Below, piece by piece: positions 1 through 8,243 of a DNA stretch of 36,440 nucleotides. This DNA is from a virus: positions 1-36,440 of the IMG/VR virus record IMGVR_UViG_3300045993_000165. One strand, given 5' to 3'. The stretch's first letter is position 1; the number at the start of each line of letters is the position of its first letter. The translations under genes and the position numbers were made by a program. The notes under the pieces are model-generated. The model was not told the origin of the DNA. It saw only the letters and a list, made by a program, of their open reading frames with translations, and searched no databases.

Positions 1-32
1 ACATTCATGCACAGAACTATAGTGACTCACTT
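1..32. repeat. 32-nt sequence identical to the window end (36409..36440); assembly overlap or terminal redundancy, indicating a closed circular map
   Basis: acattcatgcacagaactatagtgactcactt is present at both extremities of the window. Confidence 0.9.
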
Positions 33-1169
33 AGAGCATTACTGATAGCAAAGTATCCTAACACAGAGAAGTATAATAACAGCAAAGCAATAGATAGATA
101 TCTTAAGAGACACATAGCAATCATTATTGATGACATGCATACAGTCTATACAAGAGCAAGACATAAACTATATAAGGAATACTTTTACATAGATATCACT
201 AAACTAAGAACTACATGGGGTCGCTTAACTCTTAATGGTAGATCGTGTTGGGGTACAGAAGTGCTATATAGACTTATGGTTGTAGAGATCTATCACGGAC
301 ATAATGGTATGTCGAGTGCCATAGATATAAAGAACCCGCTTCTACTGAAAGCAATCAGTGAGTGTGCTGATCACTACAACCCGAGACCTATCGTAATAGA
401 AGCAGATGAAGCAGATATAGTTGATACCTATTGTAATAGAAAGACACTTGAGGCATATGCAGCAGATCAGTCAAAGGATATCGTTCTAAGAAGAAAAGCA
501 AAGCAGATACTCAACTCATTAGATATGCACGACTGTTTCAAACAAGTGATCAAACGGCCAAGAATTGACCGCACTTATTTGCTTGGCCTCAATATACAAC
601 AGTGTAAAAAAGAACTTCGTGAGGCCATACTATCAGGTCAATACGAGTACGACTTAAATTGCGCGGTTTTGGCTCTCTTTGCAGCAGTAGCGCACAAGTT
701 AAGCAACAAGCCCTATGCTACTATTTTAAACTACGTTCACAACAGACATGCTATACGTCAACAGATAGCAGATGAGACAGGTTTAAGCATAGAGGAAGTC
801 AAGGAAGCACTTATAGCAGTGGGGTTTGGTAAGAGGGCTAAGAAAGCAAATGCTGTAGCAGTGATAATGTTTGCAAGTAAAACAGGTAAAGAAATCATAG
901 ATGAGTTTAGAAAAGCATCAACTGTTATCTATAAAGCACATAAAGAGGTAGGTGTTTCAAGATCTAAGAAGTTATCGTCGCTATTCTTTCAGTTCGAGTC
1001 TGAGTTTATGCGTGAGTTTGTATATCAAACAGGTCAAAAATGCAACTTGCCTATACATGACAGCGTTATATTGCTAAAACCTGTTAACATACAGCAAAAT
1101 GTTGCTAAAATGATGCTTTCGTTTACAGATCACATGGAGTATTTTGATGTTACAGGAGGTTTGATATGA
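3..1169 (+). CDS. C-terminal 388 codons of a wrap-around 431-aa ORF (start ATG at 36282): compact family-A/T7-like single-subunit polymerase-like protein
   Basis: The frame is open from nt 3, with no stop upstream of the tracked ATG at 135, and continues in phase from 36282 through the 32-nt overlap. Motifs seen: TTWGR (210-224), YEYDLNCAVLALFAAVAH (Asp at 651-653), KEALIAVGFG (801-830), PIHDSVIL (1056-1064). The stop overlaps the next start (ATGA at 1166). Confidence 0.6.
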   Translation: MHAQNYSDSLRALLIAKYPNTEKYNNSKAIDRYLKRHIAIIIDDMHTVYTRARHKLYKEYFYIDITKLRTTWGRLTLNGRSCWGTEVLYRLMVVEIYHGHNGMSSAIDIKNPLLLKAISECADHYNPRPIVIEADEADIVDTYCNRKTLEAYAADQSKDIVLRRKAKQILNSLDMHDCFKQVIKRPRIDRTYLLGLNIQQCKKELREAILSGQYEYDLNCAVLALFAAVAHKLSNKPYATILNYVHNRHAIRQQIADETGLSIEEVKEALIAVGFGKRAKKANAVAVIMFASKTGKEIIDEFRKASTVIYKAHKEVGVSRSKKLSSLFFQFESEFMREFVYQTGQKCNLPIHDSVILLKPVNIQQNVAKMMLSFTDHMEYFDVTGGLI

Positions 1170-1537
1170 ATTTATCCGAAGAAGACTACATGATAGAGAA
1201 ACTCAAGGGCGAGTTATTAAGTGGAAATGCCGATAGAAGTTTCTTTTTACCTTCAGATTCCCCATTTGTACCATATGACTGGACATTTGAAACATATGAT
1301 GAGTGGGTAGAAAGAAAACTAAATGAAAAAGGCCCTATGCAGAAATTACCGGTAACACAAGAACTAACTTCATTTATGGATACAGTTATGTGGTTTGGAA
1401 TGCACGAGGGTAAACTTATAAAAGATATACCACTTGGATATATTTTGTGGCTAACAAAAAATCTTGATAATGGTTTTGAAAGAAATCAGTTCTTGAGAGA
1501 ACTCAAACGACGGTATCAAGATATGGAGAACAGTTAA
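1166..1537 (+). CDS. Hypothetical protein with DUF3820-like C-terminal motif (MWFGMHEGKLIKDIPLGYILWL)
   Basis: AGGAGG RBS at 1154-1159 and ATGA coupling to the upstream gene. The motif resembles the F-G-K-x-K-G...P..Y..W signature of DUF3820, recalled from memory. Confidence 0.55.
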   Translation: MNLSEEDYMIEKLKGELLSGNADRSFFLPSDSPFVPYDWTFETYDEWVERKLNEKGPMQKLPVTQELTSFMDTVMWFGMHEGKLIKDIPLGYILWLTKNLDNGFERNQFLRELKRRYQDMENS

Positions 1538-1608
1538 ATGTAAGAGATAAATATCTGCGTGGGCTACTGTCATTGCCCACATGTCGTAAAAAAGCGCTCC
1601 TTGCTTGG

Positions 1609-1644
1609 AAGCCCGCTATCTTAAAGGGTAGCGGGCTTTTTATT
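1609..1644 (+). terminator. Rho-independent terminator
   Basis: 10-bp stem aagcccgcta/tagcgggctt (1609-1618 / 1629-1638) with a 10-nt loop, followed by a T-run. Confidence 0.75.
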
Positions 1645-1713
1645 GGATGGATAAATAAAAGAGTGTTAAGCATAATGCCACACTAATAAGACGATATCCT
1701 AAAGGATCGAAAT

Positions 1714-2334
1714 ATGGAAGATGACGACGACAATGTGATACCTATCACACCAAAAACAAAGTTCAAACCAAGACAACATAAACCTACCAGAAATGTTTTT
1801 GATCCTACCAAGGAACGAAACGACATGACAGGCTATGCACCGTCACCCGGCTCTAAGGGCGGTCGCACATGGAAACCCGATACTATTGGCAGATATAAAA
1901 GCGGTGTGCTTGACTGGTCAGTTGACGAACTTATTGCATACAAGCAAACAGGTGCAACGCCAAAACGAATTCCTGATGTCGATATATTATACAAACTAGG
2001 TAAGGCAGGTGTTTCTATTATGAACTCATGCGATATATTTGGTATCAGTGCTGACAAGTTTAGTAGTAACCCCGACTGGAGCGATGCACATGCAGCAGGT
2101 CGTGCTCAACTTGGTAGTAAAATACGCACAAGTTTAGTTGAGGATGCACTAGAAAGAGACAACACCACAGTCAAAATATATCTAGACAAAATACTTGGTG
2201 GTGATAGAGAACAACCACAGGTAGTAGTTAATATTAAAAACAACGAACTACAAGAGTACTCAACAGAGGATCTTATCAATCTAGCATTCAAAGAAACACC
2301 CGATGACAGCACCGAAGCAGACAACAAAGAGTAA
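1714..2334 (+). CDS. Putative terminase small subunit
   Basis: 206-aa ORF immediately upstream of, and overlapping, the large terminase. It has a basic N-terminus, an HTH-like segment (LYKLGKAGVSIMNSCDIFGISADKF) and an acidic tail. The call rests on position and composition. Confidence 0.5.
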   Translation: MEDDDDNVIPITPKTKFKPRQHKPTRNVFDPTKERNDMTGYAPSPGSKGGRTWKPDTIGRYKSGVLDWSVDELIAYKQTGATPKRIPDVDILYKLGKAGVSIMNSCDIFGISADKFSSNPDWSDAHAAGRAQLGSKIRTSLVEDALERDNTTVKIYLDKILGGDREQPQVVVNIKNNELQEYSTEDLINLAFKETPDDSTEADNKE

Positions 2335-3769
2335 GATAAAGGCTGAATTGTGGAAGCGTGGTGCATTGCACTGGATTCTATATCCTCACCAACTACTTGT
2401 ATATAACAAAGTAAGAGAAATTCTTGCAAGTGACGACCCGTCTATGAACTCCTATGTGATAGACTGTGCTCGTCAGTTCGGTAAGTCCTTCATTATGTTT
2501 TTAATATCAGTTGAGGAATGTCTACGTAGACCAAATATAACCGTTGTGTATGTTGGACCACTCAAGTCTCAAGTAAACGAAATCATTAACGGTAACACAT
2601 TTGGCACTATGTTTGCTACTTGTCCACCTGACTTAACACCTAAGTATGATGCATCAACACTTGCATTTCCAAATGGCAGTCGTATTAGACTTGCTGGTAC
2701 TGACCAAAAGAACTATACCAACTTGCGCGGTGGTGCTGCTCACTTAGTAATACTTGACGAAGCAGGCTTTATGTCTGATCTTGAAACTGGTGTATTGCCA
2801 ACTGTAGAACCAATGACCAAAACCACAGGCGGTAAAGTAATATTTGCAAGCACACCACCCGATACATTGGATCACGACTATATACAAATACTGCGTGATC
2901 ATGACGAAGCAGGGCTTATTAGCACATTTACTATTTGGGATGATAAGTCACTAACAGAAATGCAACTACAAAAGATTATCAATCAGTGTAGGGGTAGAGA
3001 AACCACTAAGTTTAAGCGTGAGTATGAATGTCAACGTATTGTAGAGTCTAGTTTGCAAGTGGTTCCTGAACTTACAGAAGAAAAAGGAAAGCAACTTAGT
3101 ATTAACTTTGACTATAGGGGTGACCCATTATTAAAGTATTATCATAGATATATTGTGGTTGATACTGGTGTACGTGATAAAACAGCGGTGATATTTGCAC
3201 ATTACAACTATAGAAACAAGAAAGCAGTGATAGAAGCCACGTTAGACTTGCAAGGCAGTGAGTATAACACTGCAAAACTAGCAGATATGATAGAAAAGAA
3301 GCGTGATTTGCTGTGGGATAAGGACTTTACCGGTGAGTTACGCTATATTGCAGATAGTAACAACTTGATTGTTATAAATGACTTGAATATTATCTATAAG
3401 TTACCATTCATCGGCACAAACAAAGGTAGACTAGACGAAATGGTACAAAAAGTGCGTGATTGGGTGTATGATAACCGCATTTTATTCACGCCTGACGCTG
3501 CGGATGCACTAAACTGCACAAAGTTTGCTATTTGGAGCAAGTCACGCACTGAATTTGCTCGTTCAGCGAAATGGGGTCACTACGACTTAGTTGCCGCTAT
3601 CACCTACCTAATCCGTAATATTAACGAATATAAAGACCCTTTACCAGTAAATTCGCCTGACAGATATAATACATTCACTCCGCATGTTACACCCCCGAAT
3701 GTGTTACAATCAACAAGGGAACTTGAGGGTGTATTTTACAACCCACGCAAAGGCCTATCATACAACTAA
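2303..3769 (+). CDS. terL: Terminase large subunit
   Basis: Walker A-like CARQFGKS, Walker B LVILDEAGF, and a C-terminal nuclease-type acidic strand (YIVVDTGVRDKTAV). At 488 aa it is followed by the portal block. Confidence 0.85.
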   Translation: MTAPKQTTKSKIKAELWKRGALHWILYPHQLLVYNKVREILASDDPSMNSYVIDCARQFGKSFIMFLISVEECLRRPNITVVYVGPLKSQVNEIINGNTFGTMFATCPPDLTPKYDASTLAFPNGSRIRLAGTDQKNYTNLRGGAAHLVILDEAGFMSDLETGVLPTVEPMTKTTGGKVIFASTPPDTLDHDYIQILRDHDEAGLISTFTIWDDKSLTEMQLQKIINQCRGRETTKFKREYECQRIVESSLQVVPELTEEKGKQLSINFDYRGDPLLKYYHRYIVVDTGVRDKTAVIFAHYNYRNKKAVIEATLDLQGSEYNTAKLADMIEKKRDLLWDKDFTGELRYIADSNNLIVINDLNIIYKLPFIGTNKGRLDEMVQKVRDWVYDNRILFTPDAADALNCTKFAIWSKSRTEFARSAKWGHYDLVAAITYLIRNINEYKDPLPVNSPDRYNTFTPHVTPPNVLQSTRELEGVFYNPRKGLSYN

Positions 3770-3777
3770 GGAGAAAT

Positions 3778-4083
3778 ATGGGAAGACCTAAAATATATAG
3801 TAATGACGAAAGAATTAATAGAGCAAACTACCTTAATCACGCAAGTAGAGCACGTCGAAGAGGCATTGACTTTCATTTTACATTGGAAGAATGGCTCGAT
3901 ATGTGGATAACATCCGGACATTATCACGAAAGAGGTGTTAAAAGAGATCAATATGTTATGGCACGTAAAGGACCCGACATAGGGCCTTACTCAGTAGATA
4001 ACGTTGTTATTCAACTTTCTACTATTAACAATAGCGACGGGCATAAAGGCAGAAAATATCCAACAAAAAGGAAAACAATATGA
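3778..4083 (+). CDS. Small HNH-type (His-Me finger family-like) homing-endonuclease-like protein, paralog 1
   Basis: AAGGAG RBS. ARRRGIDFHFTLEEWLDMW...YVMARKGPDIGPYSVDNVVIQLSTINN resembles the A+KRGIxFxLT...SxDRIDxxxGYxxGNVxxIS..aN pattern of small phage HNH endonucleases. It is roughly 45 percent identical by eye to the core of ORF 30486..30938. Catalytic residues are not confidently identifiable. Confidence 0.5.
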   Translation: MGRPKIYSNDERINRANYLNHASRARRRGIDFHFTLEEWLDMWITSGHYHERGVKRDQYVMARKGPDIGPYSVDNVVIQLSTINNSDGHKGRKYPTKRKTI

Positions 4084-4310
4084 AATTACCAAAAACAGTC
4101 GAAGTAGTAGAAATACTCAAAGCAAAACCAGAAGCAGTAGATGCAGTTTCTGGCTTAATAGAGCGTAACTTAGAGTTAGAAGAGATATTTGAAATGTTAC
4201 AACCACTCTTATATCAACTTAGCACTATGTTATACACCAATGATGAACCAGTTGAGTTAAGCACTTTAGTAGTGCAAGCAGTAGAAATGTTAAAAGGAGT
4301 TAAACATTAA
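4080..4310 (+). CDS. Hypothetical protein (76 aa, acidic)
   Basis: ATGA overlap with the upstream gene and TAATG overlap with the downstream gene. Confidence 0.6.
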   Translation: MKLPKTVEVVEILKAKPEAVDAVSGLIERNLELEEIFEMLQPLLYQLSTMLYTNDEPVELSTLVVQAVEMLKGVKH

Positions 4311-4552
4311 TGAAAAAAGAAACTAAAAACCCAAATGATCCTATTGAGAAAACAGTAGATGTAGCACCTGCATGTGAATATTACAGGTTGTTTAAGACAG
4401 ACCGCAATATGTTTTGTGTAGAAACAGTTAAAGTAAAGGGAACTGAAATAGTTGAAGTGATCAGAACCGATCCAACCTTCATGCCTATTGCATTTGATCA
4501 AATGCGCCGTAAAACTGTTGGTATGTTTTTCCAAGCATTAGAGTCAGCATGA
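4310..4552 (+). CDS. Hypothetical protein (80 aa)
   Basis: AAAGGAG RBS at 4292-4298; translationally coupled on both sides. Confidence 0.6.
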   Translation: MKKETKNPNDPIEKTVDVAPACEYYRLFKTDRNMFCVETVKVKGTEIVEVIRTDPTFMPIAFDQMRRKTVGMFFQALESA

Positions 4553-4791
4553 TTTATCTAAGTATTGCATTAGTGATCATTGCAGGTATGGCAGCATATC
4601 TTGCAAACAAAATCATAGATAGAAAATATGTAATAAATACTGTATCTGCACCAGATGCAGATGCCGTTGCGGCTTTCGAAGAACAACTCAAGAAGTTTGA
4701 TGAGAGACTAAACAATACCTGGGGAACCGTCAGTGCTATCAAAACAGAACTGGAATCTATTAGGTTAGCAATAGCAATAAAAGGTAGGTAA
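4549..4791 (+). CDS. Hypothetical membrane-anchored coiled-coil protein (80 aa)
   Basis: N-terminal hydrophobic helix IYLSIALVIIAGMAAYLANKII, then a charged helical segment. ATGA overlap with the upstream gene. Confidence 0.6.
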   Translation: MIYLSIALVIIAGMAAYLANKIIDRKYVINTVSAPDADAVAAFEEQLKKFDERLNNTWGTVSAIKTELESIRLAIAIKGR

Positions 4792-4794
4792 TAC

Positions 4795-6846
4795 ATGAAT
4801 GATTTAGTGAATAATACAGAGCCAGTTGAGGAAGACTACTGGGCGGCAGGTGATACACGGATGTGTGCAGATGAAGTTATAAAGCGTTGTGATGACTACT
4901 TTACTTTCTGTCAATCCAAAGGATGGTTTACGCTTTGGAGACGCCTATACTATGCGTATAATCCAAATCGATACTCACTTGCACAAACAGTACAAGCAGG
5001 TGAAAGTGCAGAATATCGCACTATTAAAGTCAATCACTTCCGTAACTTACTAGAACATATTCAAACTTTAAGTATTACAGATAGGCCAGCATGGCAACCA
5101 CAGTCAACAAATACCGATTCTAGAAGTCAAAAACAAACTATTATCGCACAAGGTGTTCTAGACTATATGATGCGTGAAAAGCGTGTAGAACGACATTTGA
5201 AAGATGCTACTAGAAATGCACTGTTATTCACAGAGGGCTTCGTATCCGAAACTTGGGAACAAGATGCAGGTGAGGCACTCAGTCAAGACGAAACAGGTAA
5301 CACACAACATAGTGGTGACCTTAAGTACTCAAGTCACGAACCAGTTGATGTTGTACGTGATCCAAACTTGAAAGCATTTAATCAAAGATCCTGGGTGGTT
5401 ATTCGCACATACGAAAACAAATACGACTTAGCAAAGAAGTATCCAGAATATGCAGAAGAAATCACTGCACAAAAAGTTGGTGTCACTGTTAAGAATCACT
5501 ACCTGGGTGGCCAATACTTAGACCGCAGTGTTGAAAGTGACCAAATACCACTACTTACATTCTATCATGTAAAATCAGCAGGTTGCCCAGATGGCCGCCA
5601 AATGACTCTACTTACTGATGGCACTGTCCTAGTTGACGGCATCCTACTATATAAGCATATACCACTACACCGTATTGTATCAAATGATCAAATCGGCACA
5701 CCAATGGGTATGTCAGTTAGTGTTGACTTGCTACCATTACAAGAAATGTTAGATGCACACTATACTACTATTCTAAGCATTAACGAAAACTTTGCAATAC
5801 CAAAGATACTATTACCAATAGGTAGTAACATCATGGCAGATAGTTTAAGTGCAGGCTTTCAAGCAATCAGTTATAATCCACAAGGTGGCAAACCCGAAAT
5901 AATGAATATGCCAACCGCCCCAGACGGGTTATTCAAAGCAATGATTCAACTACAACACGATATGGAAACAATCAGCGGTGTAAATTCAGTTAGCAGAGGA
6001 AATCCCGAAGCATCCCTAAGAAGTGGTTCAGCATTAGCCTTAGTGCAATCAATGGCAATACAGTTCCATGCCCCACTACAGCAATCCTATATTAGTTTAC
6101 TTGAAGATGTAGGTACTGCCACTATACAAATAATGCAGGACTATGCAGATGCACCACGTATTATACAAATAGCAGGTAAGCGTAATAGAGGTATTATACA
6201 GCAAAGTTTCAGTAATAAAGATATTGACAGTATCAGCAGAGTACAAGTACAAGTAGGTAATCCACTTAGTAAAACAGTAAGTGGTAGATTAAGTATCGCT
6301 CAAGACTTGTTACAGAACAAGATTATCACTAATGCTGCCGAATACCTGATGGTGCTCGAAACCGGTGAGTTAGAACCACTAACACAAGGACCAACATTAG
6401 ACTTACTAAACTTAGCAAGTGAGAATGAAATGTTACTTGACGGCACTGATATTCCTGTATTGTTTACTGACAATCATCAACTACATATACAAGAACATGC
6501 TTCATTAGCAAGTGATCCACAAATACGCACTAATCCAAACCAGTTCGGTATTATTGCTAAACACATCATGCAGCATATTACTATGTTGAGTGATCCCGAC
6601 TATCAAAACTTTAGAATGCTTACCGGTCAGCCATCCATACAGGGCGGTATACCAACAAATGCACCACAGCAACCCGGTACCCCACAAGGTAATCCAGCAG
6701 GTGCCACTGCATTAAGTGCAGCAGGTGGACCAAACACACAAGCAAAGCCAACTAATGTAGCCCAGATGGCCGGTAATGTGCAACAACCACAAATGCCAAA
6801 GAACGCATTGACAGGTGAACAAGCACCACAACATCCACCATTATAA
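4795..6846 (+). CDS. Portal protein (putative)
   Basis: 683-aa ORF between the terminase block and a scaffold-like ORF, with a Q/P/G-rich disordered C-terminus. The assignment is by size and synteny; the family was not verified. Confidence 0.7.
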   Translation: MNDLVNNTEPVEEDYWAAGDTRMCADEVIKRCDDYFTFCQSKGWFTLWRRLYYAYNPNRYSLAQTVQAGESAEYRTIKVNHFRNLLEHIQTLSITDRPAWQPQSTNTDSRSQKQTIIAQGVLDYMMREKRVERHLKDATRNALLFTEGFVSETWEQDAGEALSQDETGNTQHSGDLKYSSHEPVDVVRDPNLKAFNQRSWVVIRTYENKYDLAKKYPEYAEEITAQKVGVTVKNHYLGGQYLDRSVESDQIPLLTFYHVKSAGCPDGRQMTLLTDGTVLVDGILLYKHIPLHRIVSNDQIGTPMGMSVSVDLLPLQEMLDAHYTTILSINENFAIPKILLPIGSNIMADSLSAGFQAISYNPQGGKPEIMNMPTAPDGLFKAMIQLQHDMETISGVNSVSRGNPEASLRSGSALALVQSMAIQFHAPLQQSYISLLEDVGTATIQIMQDYADAPRIIQIAGKRNRGIIQQSFSNKDIDSISRVQVQVGNPLSKTVSGRLSIAQDLLQNKIITNAAEYLMVLETGELEPLTQGPTLDLLNLASENEMLLDGTDIPVLFTDNHQLHIQEHASLASDPQIRTNPNQFGIIAKHIMQHITMLSDPDYQNFRMLTGQPSIQGGIPTNAPQQPGTPQGNPAGATALSAAGGPNTQAKPTNVAQMAGNVQQPQMPKNALTGEQAPQHPPL

Positions 6847-6932
6847 CATACCTATCTAATATTAACAATAATAGGTAATCCACTAAGATAGGTAGTGGAC
6901 CCTATAACATAACGCAAAACAAAGGAAGCAAT

Positions 6933-7772
6933 ATGTCAGAAGATATCAACCCAGCAGCAGCCCAAGTGGTAGACCAAGCACAACAAACTAACACCAATAG
7001 TGTGCCAGGTAGCCTCCCAGGTGAAACCAAAGCCGAAACAGTAGCACGCATGTATAAAGTGAAAGTTGACGGCATAGACACAGAAGTGGACGAAGCAGAA
7101 CTATTGAAAGGTTACACTCACTCCAAAGCAGCAAGTAAACGTATGGAAGAAGCAGCCCTTCAAAGAAAGGAAGCAGAACAAGTATTACGAATCTTCAAAG
7201 AGAATCCAAAAGAAGCATTCAAACTACTAGGTAAGGATGCACGAGCATTTGCTGAACAAGTGATCAATGACGAACTATCCGATGCATTACTATCCCCACA
7301 AGAAAGAGAACTACGCGAATACAAAGCAAAAGTCGATGCATATGAATCCGAATCAAGAAGTGCCAAAGAGCAGTATGAAAAAGAACAAGCAGAAGCAGAT
7401 ATAAACAAACAAGCCGAAAGTATACAAGCAGATATTATCACTAGTTTAGAAACAGCAGGCTTACCCAAAACTGAAAGAACAGTATCACGCATTGTATACT
7501 ATATGCAAAGTGCTATTGAAGCAGGATACAATGTAATGCCAAAGGATGTGATTGACCAAGTAAAGCAAGACTATATAAGTGACTTCAAGTCAATGATAGG
7601 TGGCTTGAGTGAAGATCAAATCGAAATGTTCCTAGGTGCAGACTTAGTACGCAAAGTAGCAAAGTCAACTGTGAAAGCACCGGTAGTAAAAACTGTACCA
7701 AAAGCAGTGAATGTAAAGACTGAAGAAACAACTAAGAAACAACTGAGTCCACGAGACTTCTTTCGCTCGTAA
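6933..7772 (+). CDS. Scaffolding protein (putative)
   Basis: 279 aa, strongly E/K/A/Q-rich with helical coiled-coil character, directly downstream of the portal. Confidence 0.6.
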   Translation: MSEDINPAAAQVVDQAQQTNTNSVPGSLPGETKAETVARMYKVKVDGIDTEVDEAELLKGYTHSKAASKRMEEAALQRKEAEQVLRIFKENPKEAFKLLGKDARAFAEQVINDELSDALLSPQERELREYKAKVDAYESESRSAKEQYEKEQAEADINKQAESIQADIITSLETAGLPKTERTVSRIVYYMQSAIEAGYNVMPKDVIDQVKQDYISDFKSMIGGLSEDQIEMFLGADLVRKVAKSTVKAPVVKTVPKAVNVKTEETTKKQLSPRDFFRS

Positions 7773-7777
7773 TATAT

Positions 7778-7806
7778 AAGCCACTCTAATACGTGGCTTT
7801 TTCTTG
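7778..7806 (+). terminator. Rho-independent terminator after the scaffold gene
   Basis: Stem aagccac/gtggctt (7778-7784 / 7793-7799) with an 8-nt loop, followed by tttttcttg. Confidence 0.7.
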
Positions 7807-7815
7807 TATGAATAT

Positions 7816-7843
7816 TTGCTTTATTTAGTAGATATGTTATAAT
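7816..7843 (+). promoter_or_regulatory. Sigma70-type promoter with extended -10
   Basis: TTGCTT (7816-7821), 16-nt spacer, then TGT-TATAAT (7835-7843). AAGGAG RBS at 7854-7859 precedes the ATG at 7865. Confidence 0.65.
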
Positions 7844-7864
7844 ACATGCTTACAAGGAGCAAGT

Positions 7865-8107
7865 ATGAACATAGAAGTATTAATCGGCTTGGCTATAGCA
7901 ACATCAATGTGGCAAAACAACTGGACACCCGGTACCAGCATGGAAGAAGTGTTAGAACAAGATCCTGAGTTTGCTGCTATACGTGAACAGGCAGATAATA
8001 ACCTTTCGTGGTTAGAAAGTGGTCTTGAGATAGAACTAACAACGGCGTTGGATGTTGTTGAAGCGATCTGGGCTGGCAGTGAAGAGGACTATGAGGAGTT
8101 ATTATGA
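7865..8107 (+). CDS. Small, highly acidic hypothetical protein (80 aa)
   Basis: Strong RBS and its own promoter. About 20 of the 80 residues are Asp or Glu (counted by eye). Confidence 0.65.
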   Translation: MNIEVLIGLAIATSMWQNNWTPGTSMEEVLEQDPEFAAIREQADNNLSWLESGLEIELTTALDVVEAIWAGSEEDYEELL

Positions 8108-8163
8108 AATATCAAGTTATGATTGAAGGTGATGGTGGAGGTCAGTACACAGCCCTGCCGGGC
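8104..8163 (+). CDS. Possible 19-aa micro-ORF (MKYQVMIEGDGGGQYTALPG)
   Basis: ATGA overlap with the stop of the 80-aa ORF. Its 3' half contains the first partial copy of the ggtggaggtcag repeat. Coding status is uncertain. Confidence 0.2.
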
Positions 8164-8166
8164 TGA

Positions 8167-8243
8167 TTTTGATCGAGTAGAGTCGAAATGGTGGAGGTCA
8201 GTTTTGATCGAGTAGAGTCGAAATGGTGGAGGTCAGTTTTGAT
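8167..8243. repeat. 35-bp tandem direct repeat, 2.2 copies
   Basis: ttttgatcgagtagagtcgaaatggtggaggtcag at 8167-8201 and 8202-8236, then ttttgat. A partial copy, gatggtggaggtcag, lies at 8131-8145. Confidence 0.9.

Noticed and set aside
1-32. The 32-nt end identity as a biological direct terminal repeat
   Set aside because: It is too short for typical podovirus DTRs, it has the size of an assembler k-mer overlap, and a long ORF reads through it in frame. It is treated as a circularisation artefact pending read-level analysis.
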